64,000 nucleotides of DNA. Source: Lytechinus pictus. Taxonomy: Eukaryota. The number at the start of each line of letters is the position of its first letter. Within the stretch, counting starts at the first letter, position 1. A model generated the notes under the pieces. That model ran no database searches and was not told the DNA's origin. It worked only from the letters and a program-made list of their open reading frames with translations. The position numbers and the translations under genes are program-made. Shown here piece by piece: positions 27,491 to 40,395 of this stretch. The DNA lies in NCBI RefSeq assembly GCF_037042905.1, contig NC_087245.1, forward strand, positions 15,438,001 to 15,502,000, read 5' to 3'.

Positions 27491-28373
27491 CTAAAAACAC
27501 ACGGGCACACCAGTATTTCTTTTATGTAGACAAAATAACACAGGAATCAACAGACATCACGTATTGGCCTTCTTGAACTGCATCTAAGAACATGAATCCA
27601 TGAGCAGAAAACAATAGCAAAATTGATTGCGAACGTCTTTATAGGATATCATTTTTCTTCCCTCCGCATGCATGTAAGAATAAAATGTTTTGAATCTTTT
27701 ATTTTGTAGAGAACTTGGCGGAAACGAGCGATGTTCCGCACATCCACCAACAAATAAATTGCAGTGACAGTATGACACCATTATACTTTCTCAAGGATAT
27801 CACATACCACGTCGTCATCGTTTAGAGAAAATTATGAGGAGCCAAATTTTGTTTTCTTTCAGAATTCGGACAGTATCCGATTAGCTTCTAAATAATCTCA
27901 AAGACTGGTTTCTATTGTGACGTGGAAATGATACAACGATTACATTGTTTAAAATGTTACTAAACTTAGATTGTGTTGTGAGCCGTTTCTAAATTTACTA
28001 CATAATTTGAACCTATTGTGCAAGGACATCCATGTTTTCTTAGGGCATGAGTTTGATAAGAGTAAACTCTTTATGGTGATCATCATACATTGATTCTCAT
28101 CTTGACAACAAAATGCACCCACGTAGAAATAGAATTTAACGACCAAATCGAATATGTTTTGGGTCAATCTGCAAGAAGGGTCGTCTTATATCACCCCAAA
28201 AGCCTATAAACCTGATAGAAGAGACTTTTTTGCAGAGGATTTAGAATTTACTTCATTTGTCAAATCTTTAATTTTTTATTTTATAGAAATGCACAATGAG
28301 AAGTACTTACAACATGTACAATGGGGACTCACGCTTTCCCAGTTCATTAAAGAAAGCAAATGATAGGCCTATA

Positions 28374-29173
28374 CAGTGCGTCCCAGAAAAAACGAAACCG
28401 AGATTTAGCGATGATTTATCATAACTTAATCATAAATAAAATAGACAAATGACCTACTAATTTAAAGCTTAGAATCTCCTCTTTCATCTGGTATTACTTA
28501 GATTATTCCTCATTCACGCATGATTGAGCAAAAACAATTCGAAGAAAGGATGTCAAAAACTCATTTGGCGGGGGGTATCTGAATTTCAAAAAGAAAATCA
28601 CATGACTAAAAAGTTCAATATCTTTCCTTTTCTTTGATACCTAAATCACAGAAAATGGTCAAGTAGTAAAAATGTTATGATCCCTCGAAACAATGCTTGT
28701 ATTTACATGTTTTCACCGGTTTCCCACTGAAGCTATCGCACGGTAACAAAAGACTTAATGCATGGCTGATCGTCAACAAAACGTAGTGTCGAGTGAGTGT
28801 GAACGCTAGCCTGTAAATCCTCTTCATTTTATGAAATTATTGAAATTCAAGCCTTATTTCAAATAACCAGAACTTTGTTATTTCTTGACCATTTTCTGTA
28901 ATTGAGGTATCAAATTAAAGAGCAGATATTGAACTTTTTAAAAATGTGGTTTTCTTTTTAAAACCCAGATACGGCCCGCCAAGTGACTTTTTGGTATCCC
29001 CTTTTCAAATTGTTTTTGCTCACTCATGCGTGAATAAGAAATAATGTAAGTAATTTTAGATGAAAGAGGAGATTCTAAGCTTTAAAATGGTAGGTCATTT
29101 GTCTATTGTATTTGCGATTGAGTTATGATAAATCATCGATAAATCTCTGTTTCGTTTTTTGTGGGACGCACTG
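28374..29173. mobile_element. Tc1/mariner-type foldback MITE
   Basis: TA-CAGTGCGTCCCA...TGGGACGCACTG-TA; long (about 300 bp) inverted arms; TA TSD. Confidence 0.9.
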
Positions 29174-30259
29174 TACAATTAGAGTTTTCAAAAGGCCTCG
29201 AGGTTTTGGTTTCGAAGATGAATGGTCTGATCTGGAAGAGTCGACTGTCAATGGTGAAGATGTCATGTATATCCTTTTTTTGTATCTAGGGCGGTAAAAT
29301 GGTAGTTTGATAGGGACCCCCCCCCCCTTCCGACAGTTGGTGATCTCGCTTAAGGGGACTTAATTTTCTCTTTCTATAATGAAATTTCTATAGTGACACG
29401 AATACTATAGCTCAGTCTATTCACCTATTCACTTTTCTCGCTCTTTCTTCATTACTTGAAGAAAAAAAAAATACTTTAAAAAAAATAGGACAGTCTCCCC
29501 ACCCTCACTTTGGTGGGGCCTCTTGTCCTGTACTTTTATAACAATAAACATTCGGTTCTATTTTAAGTTGTTGATTATCTACACGCATCAAAACATCCGC
29601 TGTGTTACTTGACATGTATTTATTCATTTTATCTTAACTTATATCACTAGCATGACTATGCTATTGGTGTTTAACGTGATTTTATGACGTATAAAAACCG
29701 AATATTTTAGATACATTATACGGCGGTGGTTATTTTTTTTTTGCCAAATACAATACTCTCTGCATAAACGGTGGATTGGAAATGATGACATTACTTATTG
29801 TTTTTTATATGACCACAAACAGTAGTCAAATGCCATCAAGATAATGTTTTTGGTACTTCACTTTTTTTTAACTGTCATGTGGATCGTTCCATCCCTGCTA
29901 TATTTCCTTAAAAAACTTTCTACCTCCATGATTGTACTATTTTTAATTTCTGAAAGGAAGAAGTGTGTTATTGGAAACTCATTCCTTCCTTCTCGAGTGT
30001 TATTGTGAACAGTGAAGATGATCAACATTTCAGTGTCATAATATCATTGGGCTTCGTTCGGCTTCATTTGAGGAAGTGATCTGCCAGAGTTCCGTATTAT
30101 TATTATTTTGCTAGCGGCCTCGTTTAATGATTCTATGTCATGTAGGCCTTTACCTAAAATCTCAATAGAACGTACTGGATTCCTTTATTTCTTTTTTTTT
30201 TCAACCCAAACAATTCTCAGCAATTCAACAATCTCAAAGATGAATAACATGAATACGGA

Positions 30260-30562
30260 CGAATTCTAGGACCTGGATCAAAAGACATATTGCCCGCGTG
30301 AACAACTTTTTATTTTTCTCGATTTGACAGGTAAAGGGTCTGTTCCGTTACAGCTAGGAGGCCTATAATTTCATAAACCCGGACATTGCACAGGTCATCA
30401 ATATTGGGACCCACCAACCATTATTGTGTAGACTCGATCATCGTGTTTTAAATATAGATTTGATGTGACGCAGAGATCTTGGTCACCTGAGCTTGTCAGA
30501 GATCAAAAACGATTCTCAGCATGAAAATAACTCAAGATGAAACCATTCCCTTCTCACTTTGC
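30260..30562 (+). repeat. Inverted repeat arm 1 (partner 37137-37455)
   Basis: Reverse complement matches 37137-37455, e.g. GCAGAGATCTTGGTCACCTGAGCTTGTCAGAGAT is identical. Confidence 0.92.
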
Positions 30563-31552
30563 TCTTCATTATCAACACACTTTTTTGTATTCATCCATAG
30601 TGGCGTAGTGACATAGATTTATAATGTGCTTGAGTTTTGAGATAGACCGTAACGGTTGCATGGCTAATATGAAGGAAACTCGATGTAGCGAAGCGAGCGA
30701 GCCACCAAATGTTATTATTGATTCTGTAATACTTAGGTTGTAAAGGGTAAAATCAGAGATATTCAGGTAAATCTAAAGAAATCTGAAAGTTATAAGATTG
30801 TATGATGAACAGAAAGTGCATCAAAGGGCCACGGTGAGGATATTAAGAGAGAAGGTGCATGGCCGGGAGTATATGTCCCAGACTTAAACACCCCTTTCCA
30901 TACTTTCTTATTTTATTCCTTGTTTTCTCTCCTCTATATAGATATAGAAGCCTAAATATTTCAGGCAGGCCTATATGCATTAACACGTACATTTACATTG
31001 TTGTGATACGCCTTTGGCATTTCCTATATTTCTTTATAGTCTATCTTTGCTCCATATTCAGATATTAGATTGCAAGTGATGGGAGGTGCTGTCTTTCCCA
31101 TTCAGCCTTTGATGGTTGGTTGCATGGAGTTACCTCCATAGCATGATAATGGTTGACCACATGCATTGCCATCGGATGAACAGTTTCTGTCCGAGAACTT
31201 ATATTTTCATGACACATTACTACGGAAACAACCCATTATCATCAAGTATTTTCACTTACAGAGGTCATTCAAGATAACTGTCATTTGGCGTTATCAATTA
31301 TGACAAATGAGATGACAGCATGGATTATTTTGACTACGAAATGACACCAAAAGTTCGACAAAATATTCGGAGGGAAATGTATACAGGATAACTATGTTTT
31401 TTTTTTATAGCTCCATGAGATAACTTGTAATTCACTCTACAGCTTGTACTACACGCCTACAGCCTAGCCTTCAGTCCCTGGATTTTTGTAATCAACATTA
31501 TGTTTATTATTGTATTATGTTTGACTGAAAGTTTTTTTTATTAGTGGTAGTC

Positions 31553-31588
31553 CGACAAACTTATGCCCTGCAGGGCATAAGTTTGTCG
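31553..31588. repeat. Perfect 36-bp palindrome
   Basis: CGACAAACTTATGCCCTG CAGGGCATAAGTTTGTCG, no spacer. Confidence 0.95.
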
Positions 31589-32864
31589 TGCACCAATTGC
31601 TGCACAGATAATAACCTAGAATGATTTGGATTCAAATCCGTCATAAAAATAAAGAGATTTAAACCTCCACGTATAAACCTTAACTCACAGAACTTCCTTG
31701 AGCTACGTTTTGTTTATGATAATGTGAATGTGAGTCAGGGAGATGTTAGTAAGTCAGGAATACACTCCTGATCGAAATAGATGCCACCGATCATGGCTAT
31801 AGAGATAACCTCCTACCTACATCACTTGTAGACGAGTCATAGTGAGCACGTCATTGATCACACACCTTGAATGTTCATAACACTAATTAAAAATAAACAT
31901 AATGAATGGTGTGTAGGGAAATGTGTTGACGGAAACTAGACTTGGATCTTAATCGGGAACTGGCATCCTTCCTTGATGAAATTACAGTAACATTACACAC
32001 TTTGATCCATTTTATTTTTGAAAAGTCATGGGTATAGGGCAAAGCTTATTGACAGATTAGACAAGTGACATGAAGAAAGGCCGTATGTTAATCGTATGTA
32101 ATAATGTATGTAGTTAACCATGCACTAACAGTTATGCATATTGTACGTCAAATAAAGCGAATAAGAATAATAATATCCCATCGGAAATAATCGTCTACAT
32201 CATTTAGCAGAAGGGAGTCCACATTAATACCTTGGCCGTCAGCCGATTATAACATCATTTTGAATTTTCGTAATTACATATGTTTTGTTTTATTATGCAT
32301 GATCCAATTTACAAGCAGAATTAATAAATGTAAAACATAAAGAGACACCATAGTTAAGATGCTACCTGCCATATCAGAAAGGGGCTGCTAATCATATAAC
32401 ACGGCTGTTTTTTCCTTCTAAATCATATACTATAGGCCCTTATGTGGTTTGGACGACAACCAAGTTCATGATCATAAGCGGTGATGGTTGGCGGTATAGG
32501 GTAAATCTCTTTTAATCCACTATGAGAGCAAACCCTCAAATCCAACGTTCTCATAAGGATAACAAAAGTGTGGAGCAACGTCCCAAACAATCATATTGTG
32601 GAAAATGATGACGTCAGTAGTTGCATTTCCTTAGAAAACGATATTCCAAGTACCTTTGCAATAAACCCCAAAACAAGTGAAAGCATACCTGAAGGTTAAA
32701 GTAGGAAAAATAAATAAAACCGAAATTTCCACTGACAAGCAGGTAAAATTATGTATACATGAGCTGCCATTATTGCCTACACAAAAAGGATTAAAAAATA
32801 TACACTCGTTCATGATTTTTTGTTTCGATATGAATGTATTGGTATCTGTCATGAATCTGTCATG

Positions 32865-33042
32865 TTACTTCTTCTTCTTCTTCCTCTTCACCACCTCCTC
32901 CTTCTAATCCTCTTCATTCTTTTTCTACTACTTAAACTACTACTACTTCTTCTTCTTCCTTTTCTTCTTCTTCTTCTTCTCCTCCTCCCCCTCCTCCTTC
33001 TTCTTCTTCTTCTCCTTCTCCTTCTTCGGCCTACCTTCTTCT
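32865..33042. repeat. (CTT/CTC)n low-complexity tract
   Basis: Direct reading; explains the poly-Leu ORF 32820-33215. Confidence 0.9.
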
Positions 33043-33675
33043 TTATTCCATTTTACGAGTTATTTATAATACCAAGTCTCATCCTTCATCACACTTGTTT
33101 TGTCTCCTTATTCCTCCTTATCAGTTTCTACTTTCCCCCATTGTTCAATTTGTGTCGTTTTTCCCCCACTCTATCCCCAGACAGCACGACCCTTTTCTCC
33201 ATTTTGAAAATATAAGTTGCCTTGTTTTCAATATCGATCTTCCTCTCGAGGATTTCAAACATTCGGGATCTTTCCCCAAGGGGGGGGGGGGGGGGGGGTG
33301 GGGTGTACAGTTGATTGCAATAAACCAAAAATCCATGAAGAAATCGAAAACATGGAATTCCAAAGCGTTCACAACATGACCCTCTCTAGCATACCTGTAT
33401 AGGAAGCTGAATGGCTTAACATTTTTTGTTTAACTTTCAAATCATAAACTCTCCTCTCCCTCTATGTATTTTGATGTCCCATCAAACATATTGAAAAATA
33501 TTCCAGAATCTATCCCACTAGCATGTACTCGCACAGAGTGAAAACGTAAAGAAAATAGTGAAAATCATTATTATCTATTCCCAAGTTGATAAAAAATAAC
33601 CCCGATGACCTCTCTCAAAATGAATGATTATGAAAAAAGCAATGGGGGTGGGGGACGACTATGTTTTATACTCAC

Positions 33676-33739
33676 AGGTATCACATATTACAAGGCGAAC
33701 ATGTTTATGAGAGCCCGTGAATGACTCCTCCTTTCCCAT
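33676..33739 (-). CDS. Gene 2 (unidentified): candidate start-codon exon, coding part; full exon about 33676-33959
   Basis: ATG preceded by an in-frame TAA; MGKEESFTGSHKHVRLVICDT plus 1 nt, then gtgagt donor; phase 1 fits the exon at 25095; acceptor tttcaaag at 33960-33961. Confidence 0.55.
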
Positions 33740-35186
33740 ATGCCGACTAAAGTTCAGTTTCCCTCTTTACGATCTTGTTACTCCTTCACCTAAATTTTCC
33801 CTCCTTTCATGGATGTAAACTTCTGCACTTCTTTCATCCTTGGAGATTTTCCCATAAATCCGACAAAAATCATGATTTTCGAAACATTTTTTTTATTCTT
33901 GATTGTAGTTTACCAAATTAATATCGCTGCATTGGTCCGTCTGTTGGTTGATCCCTGGCCTTTGAAACATGGAAAACATTTTGAGTTGAAAAAATAAGTC
34001 AAGGAAGTAGAACATATCCCCTTGCTTGCTCTATAATTTACAAACATATTTCATACAAAAAAAAATATTGTTTCATTGACAATTGATACAAGGGAACTTC
34101 AAGAAGCATTTTGTTATTTACCCATCTTTGAAAACAGTAAAAATACTAAATAATATGTGAGCAAACCAGGCTTAAATTTATGTCCAAGGAATAGTTATTG
34201 AGCACAGTGCCTTCCTTCCTTGTTTTCTAATGGGGGTATTGCAAGAAACTTGCGATCAATTGCAAGTCTATTTTTTGTCCTTAAATCAATCATATGTCTT
34301 AAAATCATTTGCAAATTTGCGATTGAATACTAATTTGCTTCTTGAAACAAGCAGTGTAATCTAATTTGTCACAATTAAAATCGATCTATCAATTGTAAAA
34401 CTCAACCGAATATTTGTAATGACCATATACTAAAATAAAATGGTAATACATTTCGATTGTTTGTCACATTAGACAGAATATGTTATTAAAAATGTTGCTT
34501 TTTCTATGCACCTTAATTTGCCATCCTATCGAGTATATCATCCTATAAAGGCTTTCGACGAATAAGACACTGAAAAGTTCAGTAAGTCAAACTTGTTCCG
34601 ATATGTCTTCAATGAAAGTTGATATTTCTTGCGTATATTGAGTGAAAATATAAATCCAAGTCTTTGCTAAATCATCAAAAGAATTAGGGGTCACTTTTGT
34701 AGAACTTTTCCGGGTCCCTCCTGTCATGCCTGTCTTTAGCTATATCATTATGAGGTTTTAAAAAATTTCACGTTTTATACGTTGGTAAAAAAAATTGACT
34801 ATAGTCATGTACGTCATAAGAAAAGTCTTTCCTAAAATGGAACAAGGTCGATGATACAATACAACGAGGAAATAAACATTTCAATAGGAGCATTTATTTG
34901 TATTTGCTTTCTTATTTTTCATTGTAGCTCTAGCTACGTAATACTGCTACAATATGGAATAATAAGTATATTTGTTGATTTAGCGAATGCAAGCTTGGAT
35001 TAAGAGGATGACGTCATGAATAATACAAAGTCGCCGATTCAACCGTTCAAGCTGAGCTCGCTGTACTCCGATTAAGGTCTCATCGAGAGAATTCCGATTT
35101 TGCAGCAAGGAAAGGTTGAAATACATTGTATGAGTTATGCCCTATATTACTGTTTCTTAAAACAATACAAACCGAATTTCACTCGC

Positions 35187-35371
35187 GTGTATGTGTGTAT
35201 TTGACTTTTGTCAGACGTGTATCAATCAGATATGATTATTTACGTCTAGGACCGACCTTTAACGTCACCATCCGAAAGACGTGACCAGGGCTCGAACCTC
35301 GAACCTCTGCTTCAATTTGTAACTTCCCCACATAACTTGGATTACAGGCGCACGCCACATCAACGCCCAGT
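35187..35371 (-). mobile_element. SINE with 7SL(Alu-domain)-like head, tRNA B-box and Deu-like core
   Basis: Minus strand reads ACTGGGCGTTGATGTGGCGTGCGCCTGTAATCCAAGTTATGTGGGGAAG ... GGTTCGAGCCC ... TCTTTCGGATGGTGACGTTAAAGGTCGGTCC ... (TACA/CA) tail. Confidence 0.7.
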
Positions 35372-37136
35372 AATGGCGCGCAATAGCCAAACATCAATGT
35401 TAACATCGGATGTCTATTTTGCTATATCGTGACAATTACAAGGAAATATGTTTCCCAATTGAATTACATATAAAGTAACATTGTAAAATGCATTACTTAT
35501 TAAATTATCGTTAAAAATATATGTATCATTATACATGAGCGCAGGTTTTAGTGATAGAAAAACAGACATTTTAATACATTTACGGCGTAAACAACTGGAA
35601 AAGATATCGATTAAAACACCATAAAGTCATAAAATTAGCTTTCATTCTAATCTAGTTTAATAAAACAATTTCAGGAAACAATGCAATCATGTTTACCCCC
35701 AATACAAGGACTTCTGAAAGACTTAAAAAATCAAAGAATCCATTGTTCTATCAAGATGGGTTTTTCTTTCTTAAGATGTAAGGAAGTAACTGTTTATACA
35801 AGACAGTGAAGCATAAATATCGTGTAGGTTCAAAAGTGCCCTCGTCGAAACTTTTTTTATTCGTATTTTGGTATATAGATATTATTGAGAGAAAGGTAAA
35901 TAACTTTTAGTGTGTGCATACTGTTTTTAGTGTAGTATAATATAAATTATGTGCCGAGATTCCATACATAGACCTTCATGTAACCACCATAAAGACGATA
36001 AATGTTTCCGACGAGGGATTCGGACCCAACTCCTAATATCCATCTCAAAGAATGTTCGATATTATGACTGAATAAAAATGATCCAAAATAATATGACATA
36101 ATTAGAGATCAAGACGATCCTGAACATTAGCATAGTATTCTAACGAAAGAGTGGAAGAATAACGAGGGAACCCTCTATTGAGAGAGCGGGAGAGAAGGGG
36201 GGGGGATCTCACTACGACACAATATCACCACGATCATGACAATTGGAATAGGAAAAAATGTGTCAAGTTATCAACATAAATCTTTTAGAAAAGTTTCTAT
36301 AATTCGATAAAGGAACAAGTTTATAAGTTAACTGTGAGGTTTAACAGCAACTATATGGAGGTCAATACGATGCAAACCCTTGTCTTTCAGCGAATATCCC
36401 AATTTTCCCAGAAATCTGTAGACATCCGTGTACAATGTGATTAGTTTAAGTTTATTTCTTGTTCTTCCGTGTTTCATCATGTGTTTAGTTTTGTACTCAA
36501 ACTATGATTTCGTATATTACCAATGGAATTGATGAATATGAATTTGCATTTGGAAAACCACTTGTGATTTTCGAGATTACTTCCCCCTCTGATTAGATAT
36601 AATTAGGATTGAGGATTGCATTCCTTAATGTATCGTCTATTCCTTTAAGAAGGAGGATATTATAAAACATATATTAAGTAGGACCATCAAGTTTATGTGG
36701 AAAGATACTTGAAATAAGGTGAAGATATGTGTCAAGTGATTACTCCCTATCAATGTTCAGGCAAATTGCCAATTTGTGCCAATTTTTCTTCTAAAATTTA
36801 ATCCACGCTTTCAAAACAGACAGCACGCTCATTCCATACGCTATACACACCTGTGCTACACGGGGGGGGATGCACATATTTCTGTTTACTTATCAAATTT
36901 TCACTGAATTTAATTTTATATTTGTTTGAGTTGACGTTTCACACACCTAAACTAGCACACTTCTCAAGATATTTATTTCCCCTTCAATATTTAGCGCATC
37001 TTTAGCATGATGAGACCATTAGACCTATCCCCCAAATCAGGTACTTCAAAACAATTGCGTCATTATAGACTGTGCATTCTCAAGATAAATACACCCGGTA
37101 AGTACACCAAGAAGAATCTTTGACAATATATACACG

Positions 37137-37455
37137 GCAAAAGTGAGATGGGAATAGTTTCATCTTGGGTTATTTTCATGCTGAGAATCGTCTTCAATCT
37201 CTGACAAGCTCAGGTGACCAAGATCTCTGCGTCACGTCAAATCTATATTTAAAACATGATGATCGAGTCTACGAAATAATTGACGGTTGGTGGGTCCCAA
37301 TATTGATGACCTGTGGAATGGAATGTCCGGGTTTATGAAATTATAGGTCCCCTGTAACAGGACAAAACCGATAACTGTCACTTCGAGAATTTCTAAAATG
37401 AGCAGTTATTCACACAGGCACCGTAATACATCTTTTGTTCAGGTCCGAGAAATCG
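37137..37455 (-). repeat. Inverted repeat arm 2 (partner 30260-30562)
   Basis: ATCTCTGACAAGCTCAGGTGACCAAGATCTCTGCGTCAC and GGTTGGTGGGTCCCAATATTGATGACCTGTG match arm 1 in reverse complement. Confidence 0.92.
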
Positions 37456-38839
37456 CCCCTAATTCATCCTGGAAATTGTTGACTTTTTGAATATGCAGAA
37501 AAGAAGTATATTACGTACTATTGAGATGCAGCTATACAAAATCATTAAAGAACAAAATTAACGTACCGTGTCAAATAGGACCACCCTGGCAAAATACCAC
37601 ATGGACCTGCGACAGACCAAGACCCCCTTTTTCTCCCCCTCCCCCTCTCTCTCCCTCTTTCCCTTCTCTCTGTGTCTAATGCGCGCACTCCTCACCTTTT
37701 CTCTGTCTGTCTCTCCACCTCTGCCCTCCTTCTCTCTCCTTGCAAATGCGTTTTGGGGAAGTTCTACATAACTTTTGAGGTAGAGTTGTTGTGTTGCAAT
37801 ATTTCTCTTTTTGAAAGACTTGTTTTCATTGGATGTTGATTTAGTATACTCCAAGATAGATAATATAGGCCTACATTCATGACATTACGGAGTATTAATA
37901 TAAAGATATTAAACGGGATTTAGAACTCTTGACATATTTTGACTTCGTACCTCTCGCTTAGTTTAAGTCCACTTTTATACAGATTTTTTTTTAACTTTTG
38001 GTTTACATGCCCTTAATCATCTATCTTCCGGCCTTTTCGCCATCTATGAGGCTCATGAATGTGGTAACTCAAACATCTTACATAGGCTATACAAGACGAA
38101 ATGATCGACTGGTAATATGTTATACCACAACCATAGAATATCTAATTGGAAAAGTATCAAACAATATTTTCTTGATAACTTGACATTTGCATATGCACAT
38201 TAAATTTCATGATTCACCCTAAAAAGTATGATTATCACTCGTTTTCTGGAGTGAAATGATAGAAGAAAGTCATACATGCACTCCCGAAAGAGTACACTCA
38301 ATGTCACAATTGAGGATTTTGAGCATGAAGTTGCACCGACTTGAAAGTGAGGTAAGGACGATTCAATGTGAAGTCGAGAAATATTATCACAATACGCTAC
38401 TACTGCAAACTCATGAACTGCATGAGGACATTCATCACGTCCACACACGATTCTGCTTTTGGGGAAGTAAATGAAATCAAAAGATCTCGAGACATCATTC
38501 ATCATCCAACGAGTGAGAATATGGTGAAATAGAGTGAAAAAACACCATTTCAATCTTGGCGACAAAACGCAAAATGTATTCACTCATGCAACAATTTAAT
38601 AGTGACCACTGAGTGACAAAATGAGTGTATTTATTCCCTTTTTTAAATATTCAGAATAGACCTAATAAGTATGTATCCCAGGGTTTTGTTTCCGTGAACA
38701 CTAACCACACTGGATCGTTCGTTCGATCCAGATGGACATATCATGACAAACATCAACCAATCTGACAAGGCATAGCAATCTATGATCTCTCCGGCAATTG
38801 TCATTATAGGAAGATAAAATGAAAGAAGTATTCTCTTAC

Positions 38840-39075
38840 CTTTGTCTGTAATCTGTATACAACACTTATTAAAAACTTTCAGAAGGAAATCGGAACTTTT
38901 ATACCGGCTTTTATACCAGCTATAACTTCTATGTGAGTATATTCACGGATCAGTTGTCTTTCCTCTTGCTAAATTCCGGCTATATAGTCTGTTATCAGAT
39001 CACTTTCCAGTTGTGAGCTTCTGATGAAAGTTTCGGTATTTTATCAACAAGTTGAGATATATTGCGCATGCGTGA
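38840..39075 (-). promoter_or_regulatory. Candidate promoter and non-coding first exon of gene 2
   Basis: AAG|gtaaga donor at 38838-38839; NRF1-like TGCGCATGCG at about 39063-39072; TSS not defined. Confidence 0.3.
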
Positions 39076-40395
39076 AACAGGTGTGTGTTGGCCAGTCCCA
39101 GTCTTTAGGGAAAGACCCTCTTTAGAAAGCTATGTATATGATTTGTACAATTGATATTGAAATGTTATCATACGAAGAGTGTCCGGCTTTTTGTGTGCAT
39201 TGTGCAAAAAAGGGACAGTGTATGGCCATGGTTTGGCACAACCAAAATTTTGTTGTGTCATTCCTTTCCTAACAAAGTAAGACCGATGTTTTGCATTTTG
39301 AAGATAAATACATGGAACCAGACACTTCTATCATTATTCATTTGGACCAAATTGTTTACATAGTTATGGAAAGATTATTTTATAAAATATTATATGCCGA
39401 TGAATTATTGATGAATTTCTATAAAAAGGATATTACTCAAAGAGAATTTTCATACATTATTTGGCCTCCTAGAAGAGACTGAAATCGCACTCCTGCAATA
39501 GTAATCATGGTAATGACTTGATTATAACGATCCCTTTCACATTATTTTACTGAGCTGTTGGGTAGATACATGCAAAACAGAATAATATCATCCCATATCA
39601 CAACATATTTATGTGTTTCGTGCGAGATTTTTTGTACAACTATGAAAGAGCGTATGAGGGGAGAAATCCTACCCTGATATCAGATTGATTTGTGACAGAT
39701 AGCAGATAATTAATTTTCAGCTAATTTTTAGTAAATTGAGAAAAAAAAATCAATGAATGAATTATTATTAAACAGACTTTTGCTTTCTAAACTGTTTACC
39801 TCGATTTCTATCTAACACAGTATCTCCAGCCATATTTCCATCCCCTATAAGTATACAATGAAATTAATAGTTCCGTACTATTTCCATTCTTGTAGGCATA
39901 TCTGCACCCCTATGTGACTAAGAGCCGGACCTACTATTGAAAAAATCATATTCAATTACTTCATATTTTTTTATCTTTTAAGACATTAGTTATCCAAGAA
40001 AAATTGTTTTGCCAAGCATAGGCCTACATACAATTTTGTTAATTCTGCCAGCTTCATTGAAATAACATAAATCAACAAACTTTGAAATAATTCAGACGTT
40101 CAAAGATATCGGTTCAACTCTATTTTAGTGAGTTCTTGTAGATATTTGTATTTCCCCCAGAAATATAAAAAAAACCTCTAAATAATGGTACTATTTTAAT
40201 CCTCTGTGTGGTGAATCTGGAAATCAATGAATTATCACTTTCATATTGACAGGAAATTTGTTGCAAATGGTGACGTTCAAACTTCACGACAAGGTGAGAT
40301 TAACCGCAATTTGGTGGGTATTTCCCCCATGAGAGTTGTTTTGAACTAATTGGAAAATATATTGTTTGTATTATTGCTCCTCCCGTTCTCTCTCT

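Noticed and set aside
32820-33215. Poly-Leu membrane-like ORF
   Set aside because: Translation of a (CTT)n tract
35320-35371. Human Alu contamination or a true 7SL gene
   Set aside because: Similarity stops after about 50 nt and continues into a non-Alu B-box and core; no S domain
38225-38640. 72-aa ORF at 38256-38474
   Set aside because: No splice or homology support; surroundings look like a decayed repeat end
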